Source: Planctomycetota bacterium
GTDB lineage: Bacteria > Planctomycetota > PLA2 > JAEUHO01
Assembly (NCBI GenBank): GCA_965223505.1
Contig: CBDCWP010000008.1
Location: 110,560 to 174,559 of the forward strand
Reading direction: 5' to 3'
DNA: 64,000 nucleotides
Translations under genes and position numbers: made by a program
Notes under the pieces: model-generated
Database searches by the model: none
What the model was told of the DNA's origin: nothing
The model's input: only the letters and a program-made list of their open reading frames with translations
In this document: in pieces, positions 55,535-64,000 of the stretch
Layout: every line of letters starts with the position of its first letter
Numbering within the stretch: position 1 is the first letter of the stretch

Positions 55535-58500
55535 ATGGAATCGCAACCCCACAGCTTCCGCATCGACGAGCTCCTCGAACACCGTTCGTGGGCCACACGG
55601 CTCGCCCGCAGCCTGCTGCGCGATCCGAGCGCGGCGGACGACGTCGTCCAGCAGACCTGGATCGCGGCGCTTCGGCGTCCGCCCAAGCGCGGGCGACCGG
55701 TGCGCGGATGGCTCGCCGGCGTGATTCGCAACGAAGCACGACAGCACCACCGCGGTGAAGGCCGGCGCAAGCAGCGCGAGACCCGCGTCGCGGCGTCGAA
55801 GGGACACCTGCCCCCGGCGCACGAGATCGCGGCGAAGGTCGAGATGCAGCGCCTGCTCGCCCAGGCCGTGCTCGAGCTCGACGAGCCGTATGCGACGGCC
55901 GTCATGCTGCGGTACTTCGAAGGCCTGTCGGCTGCCGAGATCGCGCGCAAGCGCGGCGTGCCCGCCGCGACGGTTCGAAGCTGGCTGCAGCGCGGGCTCG
56001 ACAAGCTGCGCGTCGCGCTCGACCGCCGTCACGGCGGCGACCGACGTAGTTGGCAGCTCGCGCTCGTGCCGTTGCTGTCGAGGCGGGGCGCCTTCGCGGG
56101 GTTGTTCGGTTCCGTGGTCGCGGGAGTTCTGCTCATGAAGACCACGACCAAGATCGCTGTTTGCCTCTGCGCCCTGCTGCTCGCCGGCGTCTACTACGTC
56201 GTCTCGCACGACGCGCGCGGCATCGAGTCCACAGAGAGCGCCGCCGGAAGCGACCCGGCGCCCCTGGAAGGCGTCGCCGACCCGGCCTCGTCCGACGCGC
56301 CGCATCTCGAGGGGCGCGAAGCGCGCACGGCGCCCCGCGAAGCGCCCGCGCCGGCCGCACCGTCGGCCACCGAGACGAGTGACGTCGTCAAGCTGTCGGG
56401 GCACTGCGTCGACCGCGACGGCAACGTGCTCGCCGGCGCGCGGATCGTAGCCGGCGTCGCCGCCGGAACAGGAACGGGGACGCAGGTCGTCACCGGTGAG
56501 GACGGATCGTTCCAGGTGAACATTCGACCGTGGCCCGACATCACGCGCGTCGTGCTCACGGTCACCGCCGACGGCTACGAGAATCTCGAGCAGGGGGTCT
56601 CCGCCCACGCGGGCCAGGAGGTGAACGTCGGCGAGATCGTGCTGGCGCCCGGCGGGGCGGTGTCCGGCCTGGTCCTCGGACCGAACGGACGTCCGGTGAT
56701 GAGCGCCACCGTGCTGGCGACCAAGCCCGGCCTCAGCGCGAATGCGCGTAGGAACGCGCGACTGCTCGGTCCGTGGAAGCAGGCGTTTCCGTTCCGGGTG
56801 CGGACCGACGAGGACGGACGCTACACGCTGACGGGCATGCCGGTCGGCACGCTGCGGCTGTGGGCGAACGCCGACGGCCACGAACACACGTTTTCGGAGC
56901 CGCTGGAGGTACTGGCCGGCCGGACGACCCGCGCGCCGACGCTTCGGCTCGCGCCGCTGAACAACGCCGAGCTCATCACGGGCGTCGTGCACGACGAGGA
57001 GGGGCAGCCGGACCCGAACGCGATGGTCATTTATCGCTGGGCGTCAGACGACGGCAGCGGCACGTCCGGCAAGTCGGTCGACGAAGGCGGCCGGTTCCTC
57101 ATTCCGGTGCGCGATGCGGCGCGCTATTGGCTGCGCGCGGAGAGCTTCGACGGGGCGCATCGCACGCGAGAGCACGGGCCCGTCAGCGGCGGCGCCAAGC
57201 TCGTGCTCGCCTACAAGGCTGAGGCGCAGGTCGAGCTGCGCGTGCTCGGCGCCGACGGCAAACCCGTCGAACGCTTCCAGGCGCTCGTCCTCGACCCCGA
57301 GGGGAACCGCTCGCGCACGCCCGAGTACCTCACGAGTCCGAGCGGCGTCATCGGCAAGGTCGCGTTGCCGGACCACGACTTCATGCTCGAGGTGAGCGCG
57401 CGGGGCCACGTCTCGAAGCGTGTGGGGCCGTTCGCTCGCACCCGCAGCGAGCCGATCGGGGTGACGCTGGAGGCGCGCGACGGCATTCGCGGCGTCGTTC
57501 GCCACGCCGATGCGCCTCTCGCCGACGTCGTGGTCACGTTGCATTCGTTCGTCGCCGCGAACGCGGAGGTGATGGAGAACGGCTTTCCGGTCCGCACCAA
57601 CGGGCAGCCGGACGACACGACGCGCACCGACGCATCGGGTCGCTTCACGCTGTTTCCCACGCACGCCGGACGCTATGTCGTTCGCGTCGAAGCGGGCGGC
57701 GCCGCGCCCACCGAGAGCGATCCCATCGACGTCCGCGGGCTCGGCGTCTCGGAACCGATCACGCTGGAGGTGACCACGGGCGGCGCCTTGAAGGGCACCG
57801 TGCGGGGTACACGCGACCGCAGCGCGGCCGGGATCGTGGTCGGCATCTCGCGCGCGGACGGTCACGCGCGCTCGACGCGCACCGACGTCGAGGGGAACTA
57901 CCGGTTCACACGGCTCATGCCGGGCAAGTACGAGGTGCGCATCCTGGAGCGCGACCTCGCCGACGGCTACCACACGATGTCTTCCCGCGAGATCGAGACA
58001 CCGGTCGAGTTCCCGTGGAAGGTCGAGGTCTTCGAAGGCAAGACGGCGTCGTACGACATCGATCTCGCTGCGAGCGAGGGTGTGCAGCTCGAAGGCAGCC
58101 TGATGATCGACGGTGCGCCGGCCGAAGGCTGGACCGCGGAGCTGTTCTCGCTGACGCCCGACTCCGGCCTGGTGCCCGGCGAGAAGGACGCGATCGAGAC
58201 CGACGAGGACGGCCGGTTCCGACTCGCGAAGGACGCGGCGGGCTCGTACCTGCTGCGCGTCTCGACGCAGGACGAGAAGGCGCCGAACGTGTTGGCGCGA
58301 CTCGAGCTCGGCCTCGGGGTTACGCCCTGGTCACTCTCGTTCGAGACGGGCCGCCTCGAGGGCACGTTCGGCGACGCGGAGCGGCTGCAGCCCGGCGAGC
58401 GGCTGCTGCACGTCTGGGAGGCCGGCCAGGGCGCGTTCGTCGTCACCGCCGCGTTGCCCGACGGCGCGGGCCGATTCACGTTCGAGGACGTGCCGGTGGG

Positions 58501-58618
58501 GCCGGGGCGTCTCGTGCGCTTGACCGTCGAGCACATGAAGACCCTGGGCGTCGACGGCTTCCTGCGTCCGGACACCTGGCCCACCTGGAAGACCGTCGAG
58601 GTCGAACGCGGCGAGTAG
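55535..58618 (+). CDS. ECF sigma factor fused to a TM segment and carboxypeptidase-regulatory-like repeats
   Basis: Sigma2 (LARSLLRDPSAADDVVQQTW...GWL), sigma4 (LDEPYATAVMLRYFEGLSAAEIA...TVRSWLQRG), TM, many TD..G.F/Y repeats; start ATG 55535 or 55517. Confidence 0.9.
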   Translation: MESQPHSFRIDELLEHRSWATRLARSLLRDPSAADDVVQQTWIAALRRPPKRGRPVRGWLAGVIRNEARQHHRGEGRRKQRETRVAASKGHLPPAHEIAAKVEMQRLLAQAVLELDEPYATAVMLRYFEGLSAAEIARKRGVPAATVRSWLQRGLDKLRVALDRRHGGDRRSWQLALVPLLSRRGAFAGLFGSVVAGVLLMKTTTKIAVCLCALLLAGVYYVVSHDARGIESTESAAGSDPAPLEGVADPASSDAPHLEGREARTAPREAPAPAAPSATETSDVVKLSGHCVDRDGNVLAGARIVAGVAAGTGTGTQVVTGEDGSFQVNIRPWPDITRVVLTVTADGYENLEQGVSAHAGQEVNVGEIVLAPGGAVSGLVLGPNGRPVMSATVLATKPGLSANARRNARLLGPWKQAFPFRVRTDEDGRYTLTGMPVGTLRLWANADGHEHTFSEPLEVLAGRTTRAPTLRLAPLNNAELITGVVHDEEGQPDPNAMVIYRWASDDGSGTSGKSVDEGGRFLIPVRDAARYWLRAESFDGAHRTREHGPVSGGAKLVLAYKAEAQVELRVLGADGKPVERFQALVLDPEGNRSRTPEYLTSPSGVIGKVALPDHDFMLEVSARGHVSKRVGPFARTRSEPIGVTLEARDGIRGVVRHADAPLADVVVTLHSFVAANAEVMENGFPVRTNGQPDDTTRTDASGRFTLFPTHAGRYVVRVEAGGAAPTESDPIDVRGLGVSEPITLEVTTGGALKGTVRGTRDRSAAGIVVGISRADGHARSTRTDVEGNYRFTRLMPGKYEVRILERDLADGYHTMSSREIETPVEFPWKVEVFEGKTASYDIDLAASEGVQLEGSLMIDGAPAEGWTAELFSLTPDSGLVPGEKDAIETDEDGRFRLAKDAAGSYLLRVSTQDEKAPNVLARLELGLGVTPWSLSFETGRLEGTFGDAERLQPGERLLHVWEAGQGAFVVTAALPDGAGRFTFEDVPVGPGRLVRLTVEHMKTLGVDGFLRPDTWPTWKTVEVERGE

Positions 58619-58664
58619 CGGCGCGGCCCCGGTTTTCCGAACCGGTTTCACCTTCCGCGACGAG

Positions 58665-61600
58665 GTGATACTGGAGGCCGTGTTCTTGTCGCGACGACCC
58701 GTCGACCCCGATCTGCTCCTGACGCATTCCGAGTTCGTGCGCCGCATGGCGCGCGCGCTCATGCGCAACGAGCACGACGCCGACGATCTCGTCCAGGACA
58801 CGTATGCCGCGGCACTCGAACGCGGACCGAAGCGCGACGGACCGCTGCGTCCGTGGTTGGCCGGCGTCGTCAAGCGCCGCGCCGCCGACGCGAAACGCAA
58901 GGGCGCTCGGCGCGCGCAACGGGAAGAGCGCGCCGCCAAGCCGGAGGCGATCGACGCCGCGTCGACGGTCGCCGCGCGCGCGGAGCTCGGCCGGCGCGTC
59001 GTCGACGCCGTGATGGCGTTGCGCGAGCCGTATCGAACCGCGGTGCTGCTGCGTCACTACGACGGCATGCCGCCGCGCAAGATCGCGGCGAAGACCGGCG
59101 TGCCCGTCGAGACCGTGCGGACGCGTGTGCGCCGCGGGCTGGCCGAGGTGCGCGTCATGCTCAGCGGCGATTCGCGCGCGAACGACCGCTCGCTCGGCGT
59201 CGCACTCGCCCTGCTCGCGCAGCCGCGCGGCGCCTCCGTGTTCTCGGTTCTCGCTGGAGTCGCTGCCGTGAAGAAAGCCGTCTTGGCTGCCGCGCTGTTG
59301 ATCGGCGCCCTCGCGATCTGGCATTTCGTTCCCGAGTCCGCGGATGCACCGCCTCACCCCACCCCGGCGGCCGACGAGGGGCTGCCTGGGCTGAAGGGCA
59401 CGGCCGACCTGGTCGACGACGAGATCGATCACGTCACGGGTACCGCGCGTGTCGTCGGGACGGTCTACGACGGCGGCGCACCGGCGGTCGCCCAGGTCGC
59501 GCTGCACGCCTTGCCCGTTGCGGCGACGCGCGTCTCGACCCGCCCGCTGTGGACGTTCGAGGATCTGATCGCGGCCGGCGCGCCTGTCGCGACGACGCGG
59601 TCCGCGGCCGACGGGACGTTTGGATTCGACGCGGTCGCGGCCGGCCACTACGAGCTGCGGGCGTCGTCCGGCGGACGGTACGGCACGACGACGGTGTGGG
59701 TCCCGCACGACGGCGCACGCGTCGTGGCGACGGTGTCGCTGGCGTCCGGCGAGGTCTTGCTGCGCGGCAAGGCCGTCTACGCCGACGGCCGGCCGTTCCG
59801 CGGCCACATTCGGGTCCACCGGCGCCCCGGCCTCACGCAGCTCCACGCCGTCGTTCGCAACGAAACCCGGTTCGGCACGGGACTGTTCGCGACGGACGAG
59901 AACGGCGCGTTCGTCGTGCGCGGCGTCGCGCCCGGCCGCGTCGTGCTTTCGGCGTTCGTGCCCGGCCGTGTGCGGTACGTGAGCTCGCACGTGGAGCTGC
60001 CTTCCAAGAGCGAATTCGTTTTCGTGGTGGACGACGGCGCGCGTGCGGTTCAGGGGCGTGTCGTTCGCGCCGACGGCGGCGCGCCGGTGCCGCACGCGAT
60101 CGTGACGGTGACCGCCTCGCAGTCCGGAACGCACCGCACGTTCGTTCGCGTCGGTACGGATGCCGACGGACGCTTTCGCGCGCACATCGCCGGCGTCGAC
60201 GTGGGCGTGCACGTCCGCGCCGCCGGGTTTGCCGAGGCCTGGGCGGGCGCGCGGATCGAGGAGCCCATCACCGGGCACTACTACGGCGCGCACACCATGA
60301 TCAGCGCCGCGCGCCAGGATCCCGCGCCCCTGGACGTCCCGATCGTCGTGCGGCTGCTCGCGTCGGGTTCGATCTTCGGTGTCGTCTCGTCGGATGCCGG
60401 ACCGCAGGCCGGCGTCTCGGTGTATGCGGCGGCCGAGTCGATGGACGTTCGTACCGCCTGGCGCGTGACGACCAGCGACGCGGAAGGGCGCTACCGCATC
60501 GACGGGCTGCCGCCCGGTGACGTCATCGTGTTCGCGGCCGGCCCGGGCTGGGTCAGCCGGGATCTGGACGACCTGACCATGGCCGGGGGCGCCCACGGCT
60601 TTGCGACGACGGTCGCGCCGGGCGCTGACGTGCGGCGCGATCTGCGCGTCGCGACGTCCGGGCGGATTCGCGGCCGCGTGATCGACGAGAACGGGGATCC
60701 GGTGAGTGCGTGCTCCGTTCATGCCGGTCCCTCCGCGTTTCCGTTTCCCACGCAAACGCTCCAGGCGCCTGCGTGGTTGGGCGCGACGGTCACCGACGCG
60801 GACGGTGCGTTCGTCGTCGATCCCTTGTTGACGGGGTTCGCGCACAAGCTGTATGCCAACGCGGGCGATCGTCCGATCGTCGAGACCGAACCGATCTTCG
60901 TCGCGGCGGGAGAGCTCGATCCGGTCGAGATCAGGCTCCCGGCGACCCGCTGGATCGAGGTGCGCGTGACCGACGAGTCCACGCACGATCCGATCCCCGA
61001 CGCGCGCGTGCGCATCGGCGGCGTGCGCGGCACGTTCATCGTCGATCAATGGGTGACGAACGCAGAAGGCATGGCACGCATCGGGCCGCTGCCTGCGTCG
61101 CAGTACTACCTGGCGTTTGTCGAGGCCGCTGGCTACGTGGGCGCGCGCCGGCCGGCGACCATCGAGCCCAAGGACACCGGGTCCGCGCTAGCGCGTGCCG
61201 AGATCGTACTCACGCGCGGGGCTGTGATCGCGGGCACGATCGTCGCGCCGCAGGGTGTCCCGGTCGTGCGCGCGGTCGCACAGCTGCAGTTCCCGCGCAA
61301 GCGACGGCGTTCGGGCGAGATCTCGTGGCGCACGAAGGCGTCCGTGAACGTCGGATCGGACGGCCGCTTCCGCTTCTCGGGGCTGGAAGACGGCGAGTAC
61401 CGCGTGCGCGCCGAGCTTCAATGGGACGTTCACGACCTGGCCGTTCACCAAGACGCCTCGCTCGGCGACACCGACCTTCGCCTGGAGCTCGCCGACGTCG
61501 GGGACGGTCCGACCTGGGCCGTCAACGTCAAGGGGGCCGACGGTGGCCGCGTGTTCGACGGGCGGCTGCGGTTCCGGCTGAACGAGCGCGGCGGCCGGGC

Positions 61601-63071
61601 GGCAGACGAGGCCACGGACATCCGCAACGGACGGGCGGTGTTCCGTTCCGAGGGCGACGTCGCGTCGGCATCCATCACGGTCTTCGCGTGCCGCGACGAC
61701 ACCGGTCGGCAGGGCGCGTTCGGCGCCGTCACCGATCTGGAGATCGACCCGGCGGGCGGGGAGATCGACGTCACGCTACCGGCGCCGCGTTCGCTCACCG
61801 GAGCCGTGATGTGCGAAGGCAGGCCCGTCGAAGGCGTCGTCGTAGCCGTCGCGCCACCGGGCTGGACGCACGTGGCCGGCTCGAACGCGCACGCGCATGC
61901 ACGCACCGACGCGTCCGGCGCGTTCGTGCTGCGGGGGCTGGGCGGCGGCCCGCACGCCGTCCATGTGCACGCCGGGTACGACTACATGCAAGTCGAGCCG
62001 ACGCTGCTCGCGTCGCTTGCGCCGCTCACGATCGAGCTCGAACGAAGCGCCGGTCCGACCGTCACGGTGCTCGACGCGGCGGGCCGCCCGACGAACGGCG
62101 TTCGGGTGGAGCTGCGCGACCCCGGACAGCCGTATCTCGATCCCATCAGCGGGCGCGGTCCGGCGAACGCCATCGGTCAGGGCACGGGCAACGACGGCAA
62201 GGCACGGCTGCGGAACGTGCCGACCGGACGCGCGTTCGATCTCCACGTCGTGCCGAAGAACACGGCGTGGGCCTCCCAGGTGGTTCGGGATTGGACCCCC
62301 GCCGACACGACGGTCCGGCTCGAAGAAGCGTTGACGATCGAGGGCACCGTCGCGACCCAGGAGCGCAGCTCGATGCTGCGGCTCTGGTATCGGCGGGACG
62401 GACATGCGTGGGCGCGCGGCAGTGTGGCCTCGAACCACGCGTTCGTGATTTCCGGTCTCTCGCGCGGTGAACGCGTACGCGTGTTCGCGACAGGCGGGCT
62501 CATGCCGCCGTCCGGCGACGAAGGCGGTGTCGAGCTGGAAGCCGGCGCGCGCAACGTGACCATCACGCCGAAGGCGTCGGTGACGCAGCGCATCCACGTA
62601 CGTGGGTGGGACGCGTCCTGGGAGAACGTCATGCTCGCCGCGGTGCCGCGGGGGTTGAACCACTCGCTGGTGGGCGTGACCCAGACGGACGGGAGCGCCA
62701 AGCTGTATCGACTCGAAGCCGGACGCGAGTACGCACTGTTCGTCGGGCCGACGCCGGACGGTCGCTACGGTTGGGTCCCGTCGTTCCTCGCCAGCGAGAA
62801 CGAGCTCTCCGTCGATCTCGTGAAGGGAGAGCGAATCGAAGGGACGATCGAGCCACCGGAAGGCGCGACGATCCGCAACGCGTTCGTCCGCCGCGAAGGG
62901 CTCACGATCACGGTCGAGGTCGACGAGCAGGGGCGCTTCAGGCTCGACGGGCTGCGGCCGGGCAAGTGGCTGTTCTTCGCGTACGCGCGGCGCGACGGGG
63001 ACACCGTCAGCGCGGCGGAGTGGATCGAGACGGGCACGTCGAGCGTCATCAAGGACTTCACGAACCCCTGA
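58665..63071 (+). CDS. ECF sigma factor fused to a TM segment and a very long carboxypeptidase-regulatory-like repeat region
   Basis: ADDLVQDTY...PWL, LREPYRTAVLLRHYDGM...VETVRTRVRRGL, TM, about 1200 aa of beta-sandwich repeats; the true start may be TTG 58686 after GGAGG. Confidence 0.9.
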   Translation: MILEAVFLSRRPVDPDLLLTHSEFVRRMARALMRNEHDADDLVQDTYAAALERGPKRDGPLRPWLAGVVKRRAADAKRKGARRAQREERAAKPEAIDAASTVAARAELGRRVVDAVMALREPYRTAVLLRHYDGMPPRKIAAKTGVPVETVRTRVRRGLAEVRVMLSGDSRANDRSLGVALALLAQPRGASVFSVLAGVAAVKKAVLAAALLIGALAIWHFVPESADAPPHPTPAADEGLPGLKGTADLVDDEIDHVTGTARVVGTVYDGGAPAVAQVALHALPVAATRVSTRPLWTFEDLIAAGAPVATTRSAADGTFGFDAVAAGHYELRASSGGRYGTTTVWVPHDGARVVATVSLASGEVLLRGKAVYADGRPFRGHIRVHRRPGLTQLHAVVRNETRFGTGLFATDENGAFVVRGVAPGRVVLSAFVPGRVRYVSSHVELPSKSEFVFVVDDGARAVQGRVVRADGGAPVPHAIVTVTASQSGTHRTFVRVGTDADGRFRAHIAGVDVGVHVRAAGFAEAWAGARIEEPITGHYYGAHTMISAARQDPAPLDVPIVVRLLASGSIFGVVSSDAGPQAGVSVYAAAESMDVRTAWRVTTSDAEGRYRIDGLPPGDVIVFAAGPGWVSRDLDDLTMAGGAHGFATTVAPGADVRRDLRVATSGRIRGRVIDENGDPVSACSVHAGPSAFPFPTQTLQAPAWLGATVTDADGAFVVDPLLTGFAHKLYANAGDRPIVETEPIFVAAGELDPVEIRLPATRWIEVRVTDESTHDPIPDARVRIGGVRGTFIVDQWVTNAEGMARIGPLPASQYYLAFVEAAGYVGARRPATIEPKDTGSALARAEIVLTRGAVIAGTIVAPQGVPVVRAVAQLQFPRKRRRSGEISWRTKASVNVGSDGRFRFSGLEDGEYRVRAELQWDVHDLAVHQDASLGDTDLRLELADVGDGPTWAVNVKGADGGRVFDGRLRFRLNERGGRAADEATDIRNGRAVFRSEGDVASASITVFACRDDTGRQGAFGAVTDLEIDPAGGEIDVTLPAPRSLTGAVMCEGRPVEGVVVAVAPPGWTHVAGSNAHAHARTDASGAFVLRGLGGGPHAVHVHAGYDYMQVEPTLLASLAPLTIELERSAGPTVTVLDAAGRPTNGVRVELRDPGQPYLDPISGRGPANAIGQGTGNDGKARLRNVPTGRAFDLHVVPKNTAWASQVVRDWTPADTTVRLEEALTIEGTVATQERSSMLRLWYRRDGHAWARGSVASNHAFVISGLSRGERVRVFATGGLMPPSGDEGGVELEAGARNVTITPKASVTQRIHVRGWDASWENVMLAAVPRGLNHSLVGVTQTDGSAKLYRLEAGREYALFVGPTPDGRYGWVPSFLASENELSVDLVKGERIEGTIEPPEGATIRNAFVRREGLTITVEVDEQGRFRLDGLRPGKWLFFAYARRDGDTVSAAEWIETGTSSVIKDFTNP

Positions 63072-63110
63072 ACCCCTGACCTGCGCCCCGTTCGTTCCTA
63101 TCTTGTGAAC

Positions 63111-64000
63111 ATGAGGGTGCCCGCTCCCGTGCCGCTCGATCAGCTGCTCGCCCACAAGGCATGGCTGCGGCGGCTGGCGCATGCGTTGGTCAAGGACCCC
63201 AACCGCGCCGACGACCTGGAGCAGGAGGTGTGGCTGCGCGCGATGCGCACCCCGCCCCGTTCGAGACGTTCGCTGCGAGGCTGGCTGGGCACGGTGCTTC
63301 GGCGCACCGCGGTCGATCAACACCGCGCAGACGAACGGCGCGAGCGGCATGAGGGCGCGCGAGCGTCGCGCGCGAGCCGTACCGTTCCGGGCGCGGCCGT
63401 GCTGGCCGAGCAGGCCGACACGCACCGGCGCGTGACGGATGCCGTGCTCGCTCTCGATGAGCCGTACCGCAGCACGCTGCTGCTGCGCTACGTCGGTGAA
63501 CGTTCGATCAAGGACGTGGCGCGAGAGCAAGGCGTTCCGCTCGAGACGGTGCGAACGCGATTGCGGCGCGCGCTCGCGAAGCTGCGCGAGAGCCTCGACG
63601 TCGAGTACGGCGGCAGCAAGCGCTGGATGGCGGCGTTGGTCCCCTTGATCGACGGCAGGGTGCTCGGTGGGGCGGGGTTGGCGACCGCGGCGACGGGAGG
63701 TGTGTTGATGGGTGCGAAGATGGTGATCGCGATCGGTGTCGTCGCCGCGTGTGCGGCGGGGTGGCTGATCTGGGGCAGCGTCGTGTCCGATCCGTCCGTC
63801 ACCGAGGAGGTCGCCGACCGCGCGCTGCCCGACGACGACGAGATGGACACCACGACCCTCGCTGACGCCGGCGCGTCGCCCGCGCTCGAGGGGCGGGTGC
63901 CGGAGGCGTCGGCGCAGCCGGGCGCGACCGGGGCGGATTCGCTGCGGGCGCCGGACGCGGGGCTGCTGCGGTCGCGCAGGGAGGCGGCCGGGCCCGGACG
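63111..64000 (+). CDS. Third ECF sigma factor-TM fusion; runs off the window end
   Basis: Manual translation from ATG 63111: MRVPAPVPLDQLLAHKAWLRRLAHALVKDPNRADDLEQEVW...GWL...LDEPYRSTLLLRY...LETVRTRLRRAL...GGVLMGAKMVIAIGVVAACAAGWLIW...PALEG; open to 64000. Confidence 0.9.
   Translation, partial: MRVPAPVPLDQLLAHKAWLRRLAHALVKDPNRADDLEQEVWLRAMRTPPRSRRSLRGWLGTVLRRTAVDQHRADERRERHEGARASRASRTVPGAAVLAEQADTHRRVTDAVLALDEPYRSTLLLRYVGERSIKDVAREQGVPLETVRTRLRRALAKLRESLDVEYGGSKRWMAALVPLIDGRVLGGAGLATAATGGVLMGAKMVIAIGVVAACAAGWLIWGSVVSDPSVTEEVADRALPDDDEMDTTTLADAGASPALEGRVPEASAQPGATGADSLRAPDAGLLRSRREAAGPG

Noticed and set aside
63062..63078. Short direct repeat GAACCCCT-GAACCCCT at the end of the second ECF gene
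   Set aside because: Two copies of 8 nt overlapping a stop codon; could be chance or an ECF -35 element, not supportable.
713..63530. Many long ORFs in the track that are antisense or off-frame to real genes (e.g. 713-2215+, 5027-7207-, 18108-20543-, 46503-49880-, 50050-52662-, 58476-61049-)
   Set aside because: Shadow ORFs expected in very GC-rich DNA; Arg/Ala/Pro-rich with no family motifs, and they overlap well-supported genes.
1..64000. CRISPR array, integrase, transposase, prophage or rRNA
   Set aside because: No regularly spaced direct repeats and no recognisable motifs for these were seen.

Overview
Very GC-rich (roughly 70% by eye) bacterial chromosomal window. The gene content (membrane-tethered ECF sigma factors with giant exported domains, HEAT/VWA proteins, DUF1570-like peptidases, BlaI/M56 module, Ser/Thr kinase) suggests Planctomycetota; this is inference, not a taxonomic assignment. 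Housekeeping genes (lepA, rdgB, rph, dapF, nadC, rsfS, DinG helicase, leucine dehydrogenase, topA, tRNA-Ile2) are interleaved with many exported or envelope proteins and signalling modules. No CRISPR array, integrase or transposase is visible. Best leads: (1) three tandem ECF sigma-TM-beta-repeat fusion genes, each with an in-frame internal Shine-Dalgarno plus start codon near codon 200, just before a signal-peptide-like segment, suggesting a second, sigma-less isoform; (2) a candidate sigma54-dependent small RNA (promoter, hairpin, C/A-rich region, intrinsic terminator) next to an NtrC/hybrid-kinase cluster, followed by a second sigma54 promoter; (3) a ~183-nt rod-shaped candidate ncRNA (6S-like); (4) a BlaI/M56 operon with a tandem TACAnnTGTA operator and two paralogous secreted coiled-coil proteins; (5) a gluzincin/HEAT/VWA module present in both fused-degenerate and split-intact forms; (6) GTAG-type REP/REPIN elements, two of which overlap the -10 boxes of apparently leaderless genes; (7) probable pseudo-enzymes (CHAT Cys>Ser, LPS kinase lacking the DFG-like Asp).
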